Assembly (NCBI GenBank): GCA_965219455.1
Contig: OZ244744.1
Span: forward strand, 544,001 to 608,000
Origin: Candidatus Latescibacterota bacterium
Lineage (GTDB): Bacteria; Latescibacterota; UBA2968; GCA-2709665
Direction: 5' to 3'
Length of the DNA: 64,000 nt
Shown piece after piece: positions 18,242 to 29,224 of this stretch. The notes beneath the pieces are model-generated. The model was not told the origin of the DNA. It saw only the letters and a list, made by a program, of their open reading frames with translations, and searched no databases. Position 1 is the first letter of the stretch. Every line of letters starts with the position of its first letter. The position numbers and the translations under genes were made by a program.

Positions 18242-20572
18242 CTAACCCTGCATCAGCTTCCAGAGTTTTTCGGGACGCAACGGCATGTCGATATGACGTA
18301 CGCCGAATGGCTTGAGCGCATCGACCACCGCGTTGACGATGCACGGCGTTGAGCCGATGGTACCGGCCTCTCCCACGCCCTTGACACCCATGGGGTTCAC
18401 GGGGGAAGGCGTAACCGTGTTGTCCAGTTCGAAGCGCGGGAGGTTGTGCGCCTTGGGCAGGGCATAGTCCATGAACGACCCCGTGAGCATCTGGCCGCTC
18501 TCGTCGTAAATGGCTTCTTCGTAAAGCGCCTGGCCCAGGCCCTGGGCGATGCCCCCGTGGATCTGACCCTCGACGATCATCGGGTTGATGATCTTGCCGC
18601 AGTCGTCAACCGCGATATAGCGCAGGATGTCCACCTCGCCGGTGTCTCCGTCCACTGCCACGATGGCAATATGGGTGCCAAACGGGTAGGTGAAATTGGA
18701 GGGTTCGAAGAAGTGGGTGGCAGCCATGCCCGGTTCGGTATCCGGCGGCAGATTCACGCCCCCGTGGGCGGCCATCGATATATCCATAAGGGTCACGCCC
18801 TGGTCTGGCGACCCCTTGACGCCGTATTTGCCGTCTTCCAAGACGATGTCCTGGGGACTGCTCTCCAGGAGGTGCGCGGCGATATCGATGGCCTTATCTT
18901 TAATTTTTTCCATGGCCATCACCATGGCCGTACCGCCCACCGCCGTCGCTCGGGAGCCGAACGTGCCGATGCCGTATTGAACGGCTTCGGTATCGCCGTG
19001 GATGATGCGGACATCGTCGATGTCCACCCCCAGTCCGTCGGCGATGAGTTGCGCAAACGTGGTTTCCTGGCCCTGGCCGTGGGGCGATACACCGGTGAGA
19101 ACGGTGACCGTGCCCGTGGGGTCCACGCGCACGGTGCCACTCTCCCATCCTCCGGCCGGCATGGCCGCCGAGGGCCCCATGCCACAGATTTCCACGTAGG
19201 TTGAAAAGCCGATGCCCAGGTACCGGCCCTGTCCGCGGGACTCTTCCTGTTCCTTCCTGAAACCCTCGTAGTCGATCTTCTTGAGCGCCTTGTTCAGGGC
19301 AACGTCGTAGTCGCCGCTGTCGTACGCGACGGCCGTCCCGGTCGTAAACGGGAACTCGTCTTTGCCGATGAAGTTCTTGCGGCGGACCTCAAGTGGATCC
19401 ATGTCCAGATCGAAGGCCACGCAGTCCAGCATGCGTTCGACGAGGTAGGTGGCTTCCGGCCTTCCCGCGCCACGGTACGCATCGGTGGACATCTTGTTGG
19501 TGAAGGCGGCGGTGAGTTCCATGGAGACGTTCTGGAACCTGTAACAGCCGCAGAGCATCAACCCCGTAAGGGTCGGGATGGCGGGGGTCAGCAGTTGATA
19601 GTAGGCGCCCACGTCGGCCTGCACCGAGTATTTCAGGCCCAGGATGGTCCCGTCGTTCTTAACGGGGATTTCCACGTCGCCGATCTGGTCGCGTCCGTGG
19701 ATCGTATGCAGGAAATTCTCCCGTCGGCTTTCGATCCACTTCACCGGCTTCTTGAGCTGGATCGCGAGGTACCCCACCAGGGCTTCCTCGGCGTACACGT
19801 TCAGCTTGCAGCCGAAGCCGCCGCCCACTTCGGGGGCGATCACCTGGACGAGTTGTTCTGGCCGGTTGAGAATCACGGACAACTGGGTCTTGAGCAGATG
19901 CGGGATCTGGGTGGAGGACCAGACCGTGAGTTTGCCGTCGCCGGGCTGAAATCGTGCGACCACGCCCCGGGTCTCCAGCGGGTTCGGCACCAGGCGCTGG
20001 TGGTCGAAGCGCTGTTTGACCACGCGGTCGGCCTGGTTGAAGGCGTCGTCGATGTCGCCGCCGGCAATGGCCCAGGTGAAGGCCTGATTGCTGCCGAACT
20101 GTTCGTGCAGGAGCGGCGCGTCGTCCTTGAGCGCGGCCTCCGCGGAGTTAACCGCGTCGAGCGGGTCGTAGTCGACCTCGATGAGTTCGGCCGCGTCCGT
20201 GGCGGTATACGGGCTGTCGGCCACGACCGCCACTACGGGCTCCCCTACGAACCGCACTTTGTCGTGGGCCAGAACCGGATGCTCCGGGACCTGGATGCCC
20301 GGAAAGGCCTCGGGATCGGTGGTGGCGCAGGGAACGGTGCCTATATTGTCTTTGAGATCGTCGCCGGTAACCACGGCGACCACACCCGGGTGGTCAGCGG
20401 CGGCGGTGGTGTCGATGCTCCGGATGTGCGCGTGTCCGTACGGGCTGCGGTGGACGGCCACATGCAGCGTTCCTGGCAGTTGGATGTCGTCTACGTACTG
20501 CGCAAGGCCCTGGATCAACCGGGGATCTTCCCTGCGCTTGATTCTGGCGCCTACGGATTTGCTGACAGGCAT
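18242..20572 (-). CDS. coxL: Molybdenum hydroxylase large subunit, form II CoxL-like
   Basis: RREDPRL, VGGGFG, AYRGAGRPEA (form II signature, not AYXCSFR), HGQGQET, GTFGSR, KGVGEAG. Confidence 0.9.
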   Translation of the reverse strand: MPVSKSVGARIKRREDPRLIQGLAQYVDDIQLPGTLHVAVHRSPYGHAHIRSIDTTAAADHPGVVAVVTGDDLKDNIGTVPCATTDPEAFPGIQVPEHPVLAHDKVRFVGEPVVAVVADSPYTATDAAELIEVDYDPLDAVNSAEAALKDDAPLLHEQFGSNQAFTWAIAGGDIDDAFNQADRVVKQRFDHQRLVPNPLETRGVVARFQPGDGKLTVWSSTQIPHLLKTQLSVILNRPEQLVQVIAPEVGGGFGCKLNVYAEEALVGYLAIQLKKPVKWIESRRENFLHTIHGRDQIGDVEIPVKNDGTILGLKYSVQADVGAYYQLLTPAIPTLTGLMLCGCYRFQNVSMELTAAFTNKMSTDAYRGAGRPEATYLVERMLDCVAFDLDMDPLEVRRKNFIGKDEFPFTTGTAVAYDSGDYDVALNKALKKIDYEGFRKEQEESRGQGRYLGIGFSTYVEICGMGPSAAMPAGGWESGTVRVDPTGTVTVLTGVSPHGQGQETTFAQLIADGLGVDIDDVRIIHGDTEAVQYGIGTFGSRATAVGGTAMVMAMEKIKDKAIDIAAHLLESSPQDIVLEDGKYGVKGSPDQGVTLMDISMAAHGGVNLPPDTEPGMAATHFFEPSNFTYPFGTHIAIVAVDGDTGEVDILRYIAVDDCGKIINPMIVEGQIHGGIAQGLGQALYEEAIYDESGQMLTGSFMDYALPKAHNLPRFELDNTVTPSPVNPMGVKGVGEAGTIGSTPCIVNAVVDALKPFGVRHIDMPLRPEKLWKLMQG

Positions 20573-20585
20573 GGAAGACCTCCTT

Positions 20586-21050
20586 TTAGGATCTCATTTT
20601 CCGGGCGGCGTACTGGACGGCGTCCACAATGTGCTGGTACCCGGTGCAGCGGCAGAGGTTGCCCTCGATGCCGCGTCGGATCTGCGCCTCGGTGGGCCGT
20701 GGGTTGCGCTCCAGCAACTGGTGGGCGGCGATAATCATCCCCGGCGTGCAGAAACCGCACTGCAGGCCGTGACACTCCCAGAAGCCCTCCTGGACGGGGT
20801 GAAGTTCGCCGTTTTCGGCCAGGCCTTCGATGGTGGTGATTTCGGCGCCGTTCGCCTGTACCGCGAGCAATGTACAGGATTTCACCGCCTGCCCGTTTAG
20901 CATCACGGTGCAGGCGCCGCAGAGGCTGGTTTCGCAGCCTACGTGGGTGCCGGTCAGGCCGACGACGTCGCGCAGATAATGTACAAGCAGCAGCCTGGGT
21001 TCCACGTTTTGGCTGTGGCGCTCGCCGTTAATTGTGACTTCCACGTTCAC
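20586..21050 (-). CDS. coxS: [2Fe-2S] small subunit (CoxS-like)
   Basis: [27 protein letters not shown]. Confidence 0.92.
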   Translation of the reverse strand: MNVEVTINGERHSQNVEPRLLLVHYLRDVVGLTGTHVGCETSLCGACTVMLNGQAVKSCTLLAVQANGAEITTIEGLAENGELHPVQEGFWECHGLQCGFCTPGMIIAAHQLLERNPRPTEAQIRRGIEGNLCRCTGYQHIVDAVQYAARKMRS

Positions 21051-21382
21051 GGGCGACCTCCTTTTTGTGTGTTTTCCGATGTCGCGGTCCCGTTACCGGT
21101 TTCCCGTACGGGACGGGTTTGGCATAATTAGCGGGGATGAAAATACGCATAATCTATATACCTGCGCAAGCGGATTCTATCGAGCCGCCGGAAAGGCGCG
21201 TTGAAACGGCATTGCTCAGCTATGGACGGGGTCGATAGACTTGCCTTTTTCAACTCGCGTCTTTAATATTGTACCCATGGTGCGGATGTGGAATCCGGTT
21301 TCGCAGGCCGGATCGCTTGAGGTCACTCAGGTCGCTCCATCGTCTGTTTTGTTTTCGTACGCATCCTTCAGGGGAACGAAAA

Positions 21383-22009
21383 ATGGATCCGCGACTTTAT
21401 TACGTGGCTGACCCGATGTGTTCGTGGTGCTGGGGTTTTCGGCCGGTGCTGCAGGAGGTGGTGGCGGCACTGCCGGAAATCGTGCCGGTGGTATACGTGA
21501 TGGGCGGGCTGGCGAAGGATTCGGACGACACGATGCCGGAAGCAACCCGCGCGTACGTGCAGCGGAACTGGCGGGACGTCACGGCAACGACGGGGGCGGA
21601 ATTCAACTGGGACTTCTGGAGTAAATGCAAACCCCGCCGGTCGACCTACCCCGCCTGCCGTGCGGTGCTGGCGGCAAGGGCGCAGCGGGAAGACGCCGTT
21701 CCGGATCTGTTCGACGCCATCCAGCGGGCGTATTACGAGGAGGCCGGGAACCCCTCGGATTTGGAAACGCTGACCCAGGTTGCCGGGACGCTTTCGCCGC
21801 CTCTGGACGTGGACCGGTTTGATCGTGACATCAGGTCGCCGGAGATCGAAGCGCAATTGCAGGAGGGCTTCAACCTTCGCCGCTCAATGGGCGTACGGGA
21901 GTTTCCAAGCGTGGTCGTAAAGCGGGGCGACGCGCAGATGGACATCGTCCGCGGATGGGCGAACGCTCAGACCACATTGGCGCGGCTGGAAACCGCGCTG
22001 GACGGTTAG
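21383..22009 (+). CDS. DsbA-family thioredoxin-fold protein
   Basis: DPMCSWCWGF CxxC motif; RSTYPACRAV; GVREFPS. Confidence 0.85.
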   Translation: MDPRLYYVADPMCSWCWGFRPVLQEVVAALPEIVPVVYVMGGLAKDSDDTMPEATRAYVQRNWRDVTATTGAEFNWDFWSKCKPRRSTYPACRAVLAARAQREDAVPDLFDAIQRAYYEEAGNPSDLETLTQVAGTLSPPLDVDRFDRDIRSPEIEAQLQEGFNLRRSMGVREFPSVVVKRGDAQMDIVRGWANAQTTLARLETALDG

Positions 22010-22078
22010 ACGTGAGACGCGAGCAACACGACGTGAGGTGCGATGCCATTGAATCTACATTCTAAGGAGGATGTTGAC

Positions 22079-22519
22079 ATGGGCGAGAGCGAGTCGATTA
22101 CGCAGGAGCAGATGAACGAGTTTCTGTTTTCGCAGGTTGTGCTGATGTTTCAGGGTGCGGCCTGGCAGCACATGGGCAAGGTGATGAACCCCGCGACCAA
22201 TAAGGTGGAACGTGACCTTGCCCAGGCGAAGCACTCGATTGATATGCTGGGCATGCTGGAGGCCAAGACAAAGGGCAATTTGAGCGATAACGAGCAGAAG
22301 TTCTTGGAGCACGCCCTTTACGAGTTGAGAATGAACTATATCGACGAGGCTAACAAGGGACCGGACGAGGCCGAAGCGCCCGCGGCCGACGCAGAAGCAC
22401 CCGCGGAGGAAAACGGCGGCGACGCGGCCGAAGCCGCTGAAGCAGAAGCGCCGAAGGACGAGGCGTCCGCGGAGGCGAAGGAGGAGGAATCCGGAGACGC
22501 GAAGGAGGAATCGGATTGA
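22079..22519 (+). CDS. DUF1844-like protein with an acidic tail
   Basis: DLAQAKHSIDMLGMLEAKTKGNLSDNE...LYELRMNY motif; AAGGAGG RBS. Confidence 0.8.
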   Translation: MGESESITQEQMNEFLFSQVVLMFQGAAWQHMGKVMNPATNKVERDLAQAKHSIDMLGMLEAKTKGNLSDNEQKFLEHALYELRMNYIDEANKGPDEAEAPAADAEAPAEENGGDAAEAAEAEAPKDEASAEAKEEESGDAKEESD

Positions 22520-23013
22520 AGCGTTCTCTCCTTCCCTTCTCCGTCCTGGTCCTGTTCTGGCTGGGCGGATGCGCTTACTATTCAACATCGGCCACCGGCG
22601 GGTCGGGTTTTCGCTCGGTGGCCGTTCCGCTGATGGAAAACGAGAGCCTGGAGCCGGAAATCCAGCAGGCGCTCACGGACAGCCTGATCCAGGCGTTCCT
22701 GCAGGATGCGGCGCTGCGCGTGATGGACGAGGACCGTGCGGACATTGTGCTTCGCGGTACGATCGTGGAGGTGCGGGACGACCCGTTTACGTACCGCGGC
22801 CAGGCCGAGCAGTACCAGATATCGGTCTTTCTGGACGTCAGTTGCTATGATGCAAAAAACAAGAAGCTGCTGTGGGAGGAGAAACGCCTGAAGGGATACG
22901 GCATCTACAACGCCGCCGGACAGCGCGAAGAGGCTCGCCTGGAGGGCCTCGGCGCGGCGTTCGAGATCCTGACGCGGGACATCGTGGACCAGACGCAGGT
23001 TGGTGGCTGGTAG
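22516..23013 (+). CDS. LptE-like lipoprotein
   Basis: Lipobox LGGC; VAVPLMENESLEP...LTDSLIQAF...ADIVLRGTI pattern. Confidence 0.7.
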   Translation: MKRSLLPFSVLVLFWLGGCAYYSTSATGGSGFRSVAVPLMENESLEPEIQQALTDSLIQAFLQDAALRVMDEDRADIVLRGTIVEVRDDPFTYRGQAEQYQISVFLDVSCYDAKNKKLLWEEKRLKGYGIYNAAGQREEARLEGLGAAFEILTRDIVDQTQVGGW

Positions 23014-23042
23014 AGATACCATCGAGGGCGCAAACAGGGGAA

Positions 23043-23256
23043 CATGGATATACAGGATAGGCAGGATAAAGGCAAGAGACCAGAAAAGCGGTACAAGCAT
23101 TCAGACGGGGCAAAGCAGGACACGGGCTGTGGTGGATGACGAGGCAGGTATGGGGGCTAAGAAGACGTACTGAACCGGTGGGAAATCTCCATGCGCATGT
23201 TTAACTGGTTTTTGCGACTTTTGTGATTCTCATCCTGTATATCCTGTCCATCCATG
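23043..23256. repeat. CAGGAT-nonamer inverted pair L1/R1
   Basis: Left arm CATGGATATACAGGATAGGCAGGATAAA (23043-23070); right arm CATCCTGTATATCCTGTCCATCCATG (23231-23256). Confidence 0.9.
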
Positions 23257-23304
23257 TAGGTCGTTGTTGGTAGCAAGAGACCATAGAGAGTAGATGCAGG
23301 GAAA

Positions 23305-23642
23305 CATGTATAGACAGGATAGGCAGGATAAAGGCAAAAAACGACTGTGATTCGTGTGATTATAATGATGGGCTGTGATTAAAGGCAAAAGCGGCGGAGA
23401 AGCGAGAAACTATGGATATATAGGATGAAGACCAAAACCCGACGATCGCGCGAACCGAAATCCCACCCTACCCACCCAGTCCATTCCTGCACTTTAATCG
23501 AACTAATCGCAAGCATTCAACAGTGGGTCACGTGGTGAATCGGATTTCGCTCGTCTTCCTGCCCGCGCATCTGCCTTAGTCACAGTAATCATAGTCTAAT
23601 CACGGTAATCACAGTCTATCCTGCTCATCCTGTCCATCCATG
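23305..23642. repeat. Composite MITE-like element: CAGGAT arms plus inner TGATT-nonamer arms
   Basis: L arm 23305-23332, then GACTGTGATTCGTGTGATT...; right side AATCATAGTCTAATCACGGTAATCACAGTC plus R arm 23617-23642; homologous to 47298-47656. Confidence 0.85.
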
Positions 23643-23679
23643 TAAATTGTCGTTAAACGACATCAATGAAACCTTACCC

Positions 23680-26208
23680 ATGAACGAAGCAGCGGCGAGA
23701 ATCAAGATCAACAAACTGCTCGAGGCGGCCGGGTGGCGGTTCTTCGATGAAGACGGCAAGCCGGGCAACATTCGCGTCGAACAGAAGGTCGTCATGAAGC
23801 ACGAGGATCTGGACGCTTTGGGCGACGATTTCGAGAATGCGACCGGTCGGATCGATTTCCTCCTCCTGAACGAGAAGGGCTTCCCGCTCGTCGTTCTGGA
23901 GGCCAAGTCCGAGGACAAGAATCCTCTTGTGGGAAAGGAACAGGCCCGGAAATACGCCCGTTCGCAGAACTGCCGCTTCGTTATCCTCTCCAACGGAAAT
24001 CTGCACTACTTCTGGGACCTCGACCGTGGTAATCCATACCTTGTCACATCCTTCCCCACGCCGGAGTCCGTAACCGGCTATAACAAAGTCCAACCCAACA
24101 CGCAGCGCCTGGTCGATGAGCGGGTCCGCGAGGACTACATTGTGCTCACCCAGCGGCCGAACTATGCTTCGGAAGCCGCCTGGAAAAACGAAGCCGAGCG
24201 CCCCGGCTTTATCAAATCCAATAAACTGAGTTTACTCCGCCCCTACCAACTCCGGGCCGTTCATGCTCTGCAGCGGGCGGTGAGAGACGGCAGAGACAGG
24301 TTTCTGTTCGAAATGGCCACGGGTACGGGCAAGACGCTCGTCGCCGCAGCGGTCATCAAGCTCTTTATGCGCTCGGGCAACGCATCCCGAGTCCTGTTTC
24401 TCGTGGACCGGCTGGAACTCGAGGAGCAGGCTCGCAAGGTCTTCTCCGCCCTGCTCTCGGCGGACTTCCAGACGGTGGTGTACAAAGAGCGGCGCGACGA
24501 CTGGCGCTCGGCGGAAATCGTCGTCACCACGGTCCAGTCGCTGCTGTTCAACAACAAGTATCAGGCTCTCTTCTCCCCTACCGACTTCGACCTCGTCATC
24601 TCGGACGAAGCGCACCGGTCCATCGGCGGAAATGCCAGGTCCGTATTCGACTATTTCGTGGGGTACAAACTGGGCCTGACCGCGACCCCCCGGGACTATC
24701 TCAAGGGATTCGACGAAACGCGTCCTGACACGCGGGACCCGCGCGAAGCCGAACGCCGCTTGCTCCTGGACACCTACCGCACCTTCGGGTGTGAAAGCGG
24801 ACAGCCCACGTTCAAGTACTCCCTGCTCGACGGCGTTAAGGACGGCTATCTGATCAACCCGACGGTTGTGGATGCACGCACAAAGGTGACGACCGAATTG
24901 CTCTCGGAACAGGGATTCGTCGTTTCCTTTACGGACGACGAGGGAGAAGAGCAGGAAGAGGCCTACAAAAAGCGTGAATTTGAGAAGCGCTTCTTTTCCG
25001 ACGCGACCAACCAGATCTTCTGCAAGACATTCCTGGAGAACGCGCTGCGGGACCCCGTCAGCGGCGAAGTCGGCAAGTCCATCATATTTGCGGTCAGCCA
25101 GAAACACGCGTCAACATTGACTCAAATCCTCAATGCGATGGCCCACATGATGTTTCCGGACAAATACCAGTCGAACTTCGCAGTGCAGGTCACGTCGCAG
25201 ATCGCGGATGCCCAGCGGTTTACCGTGAATTTCAGTAACAACAACCTGCTCGGATCGGGGAACTTTCTTCCCGCGTACCTTACGAGTAAAGCGCGGGTCT
25301 GCGTAACCGTTGGCATGATGACCACCGGGTACGACTGTACCGACATTTTGAACCTGGGACTGTTCCGCCCCATCTTCTCTCCCACCGACTTCATCCAGAT
25401 CAAGGGACGCGGTACGCGAAAACACAGCTTCCTTGAGCAGTTGCTCGATCCGGCCTTGGCGGAACGCGTAGATGAGCCCGATAAGATTGCGTTCAAACTG
25501 TTCGATTTCTTCGCCAACTGCGAATACTTCGAAACGGAGTTCAACTACGACGAAGTCTTGGGACTGCCTGTCTATCAGGATGGTGAAGAACGTGAGGGCG
25601 CGGAATCTCCCGGGGCCGACGCGGGCGCCTACGAATATCTGGGCAGGGACATCCTGTCCACGATCAAGGTCGAGGCCGTCGGTTCGGAAGGGATGAAGAT
25701 CGACCGCATGTTCTTCGAGAAATTCGAGGATACCGTGCGGAAGGACGACGTCATCGCCGCGGCCGTCGAGGCCGGTCAGTGGGACCGGGTGATCGATTAC
25801 GTCAACCAGGAGGTTTTCGACCGTCCCGAAGAGTACTATACTCTTGAAAAGCTGCGCCGGGCAGCGGCCGTGGACCGCCGCATCACCCTCAGGGAGATTC
25901 TGGAGAAGGTATTCGGGCTGATCCCGCGATTTAAATCCAGGGACGAAATGCTGGAAGAGGAATTCGCGAAGTTCGTGGCCGACTACACGCCGGAGGAAGT
26001 CGAGTCCATCCCCGCGATCAAGAACTACTTCAAGGCGTACGTGACCAGCGACCAGATCCGCCACATCATTGAAAAACGGGACTACACCGGCCTGGCCACG
26101 AACCCCGTTCTCTCAATGCAGGACCTCCGCGCAGTCCCGGAGAAATACCGCGAACTCGTCCCTGAATACGTCAAGGACTTTGTACCGTTAAACCAGTTCG
26201 CCGCTTAG
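23680..26208 (+). CDS. hsdR: Type I restriction enzyme R subunit (HsdR)
   Basis: N-terminal IDFLL...VLEAK...QARKYA nuclease motif; MATGTGKT, LFLVDR, DEAHRS, LTATP, TGYD, QIKGRGTR. Confidence 0.9.
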   Translation: MNEAAARIKINKLLEAAGWRFFDEDGKPGNIRVEQKVVMKHEDLDALGDDFENATGRIDFLLLNEKGFPLVVLEAKSEDKNPLVGKEQARKYARSQNCRFVILSNGNLHYFWDLDRGNPYLVTSFPTPESVTGYNKVQPNTQRLVDERVREDYIVLTQRPNYASEAAWKNEAERPGFIKSNKLSLLRPYQLRAVHALQRAVRDGRDRFLFEMATGTGKTLVAAAVIKLFMRSGNASRVLFLVDRLELEEQARKVFSALLSADFQTVVYKERRDDWRSAEIVVTTVQSLLFNNKYQALFSPTDFDLVISDEAHRSIGGNARSVFDYFVGYKLGLTATPRDYLKGFDETRPDTRDPREAERRLLLDTYRTFGCESGQPTFKYSLLDGVKDGYLINPTVVDARTKVTTELLSEQGFVVSFTDDEGEEQEEAYKKREFEKRFFSDATNQIFCKTFLENALRDPVSGEVGKSIIFAVSQKHASTLTQILNAMAHMMFPDKYQSNFAVQVTSQIADAQRFTVNFSNNNLLGSGNFLPAYLTSKARVCVTVGMMTTGYDCTDILNLGLFRPIFSPTDFIQIKGRGTRKHSFLEQLLDPALAERVDEPDKIAFKLFDFFANCEYFETEFNYDEVLGLPVYQDGEEREGAESPGADAGAYEYLGRDILSTIKVEAVGSEGMKIDRMFFEKFEDTVRKDDVIAAAVEAGQWDRVIDYVNQEVFDRPEEYYTLEKLRRAAAVDRRITLREILEKVFGLIPRFKSRDEMLEEEFAKFVADYTPEEVESIPAIKNYFKAYVTSDQIRHIIEKRDYTGLATNPVLSMQDLRAVPEKYRELVPEYVKDFVPLNQFAA

Positions 26209-26237
26209 CCTCTTTAATTCAAAAAGCCGGAACTTAC

Positions 26238-26648
26238 ATGGATAAACAGGATGGACAGGATAAAAGGCTCGCACACGCCGACACCACCCGTAGGATTATC
26301 GGCTGCGCGATGCAGGTGATCAATGAGCTTGGGAGCGGCTTCCTGGAATCCGTTTATGAGAAGGCGATGACCGTCGCGTTAACCGACGACGGTGTGTCGC
26401 ACGAAGTACAGCAGCCCATTGACGTGCGTTTTCGCGGCAGAACCGTTGGCGACTTCGTCGCGGATATCCTGGTCGAAGACCGGGTCATCGTGGAACTGAA
26501 AGCCGTCAATTCGCTTACCGGCGAGCACGAAGCCCAGGTCATCAACTATCTAAATGCGACGGGGATCCCTGTGGGATTGTTGATCAACTTCGGGAAACCG
26601 AAACTGGAGTTTAAGCGGTTCACACGAACACGGAAAACACAAAATTAA
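26238..26648 (+). CDS. GxxExxY protein (PD-(D/E)XK superfamily)
   Basis: LGSGFLESVYE (GxxExxY), ADILVEDRVIVELKAV, HEAQVINYL, GLLINFG; the first 9 codons are a repeat arm. Confidence 0.93.
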   Translation: MDKQDGQDKRLAHADTTRRIIGCAMQVINELGSGFLESVYEKAMTVALTDDGVSHEVQQPIDVRFRGRTVGDFVADILVEDRVIVELKAVNSLTGEHEAQVINYLNATGIPVGLLINFGKPKLEFKRFTRTRKTQN

Positions 26649-26649
26649 A

Positions 26650-26962
26650 CATGGATGCACAGGATAGGCAGGATAAAATCAACACCCGCAATCAGGTGAA
26701 AAAGGCCCAACCATATGGGTGAAGCAGTGGTCAAGTGTAATGCACGCGTTCAACACCGTCGCTCCGAGCGTAGGCGTAGGCGCCAGAAGATCTCTCGTAA
26801 GGACCGTATCTGGCTCTTGCATGTATGCCCGGTCGAATTGGTCGGACTTACCGTTTCGAAATTATACTGAACACGCTGTCTATCTCCAAAGGGTCCGGTG
26901 AGAATATGCAGGGTCCGGCATTTGTGTTTTTGAATTCATCCTGTTTATCCTGTTCATCCATG
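26650..26962. repeat. CAGGAT-nonamer inverted pair L4/R3 directly after the GxxExxY stop
   Basis: CATGGATGCACAGGATAGGCAGGATAAA (26650-26677) and CATCCTGTTTATCCTGTTCATCCATG (26937-26962). Confidence 0.9.
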
Positions 26963-27011
26963 TAAGTTTGAGGTTGGTAGCGAAAGACCATTGAGGGCGC
27001 GAACAGGGGAA

Positions 27012-28990
<1,979 letters not shown>

Positions 28991-29208
28991 CATGGATATA
29001 CAGGATAGACAGGATAAAGGCGGAAAGCCTAGAAAAGCGGTACGTACTCAGACGGAACAGAAGTAGAATCGCAGTTAACTGCAAGGCAGTATGCAGCAGC
29101 AAGCTCTGGGTAAAGAAAATACCCGCAACGGCAGGAATTGTTGATGCGCTGGCTGAACCTGATGTTTTGGGTTTGGGGTCTTTATCCTGTGCATCCTGTA
29201 CATCCATG
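28991..29208. repeat. CAGGAT-nonamer inverted pair L5/R4 (L5 is the intron target)
   Basis: CATGGATATACAGGATAGACAGGATAAA (28991-29018) and TTTATCCTGTGCATCCTGTACATCCATG (29181-29208). Confidence 0.9.
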
Positions 29209-29224
29209 TAAGTTGGGGTTTCTT

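Noticed and set aside
18242-20572. Bona fide aerobic CO dehydrogenase
   Set aside because: AYRGAGR motif and S-L-M order mark form II, whose substrate is uncertain; form I has AYXCSFR and M-S-L order.
22370-22519. Ala/Glu-rich quasi-repeats in the DUF1844 tail
   Set aside because: Ordinary low-complexity acidic tail, not a DNA repeat element.
23043-23642. Repeat-spacer pattern as a CRISPR array
   Set aside because: Arms alternate in orientation, are degenerate, spacing is irregular (about 50-290 bp) and there are no cas genes.
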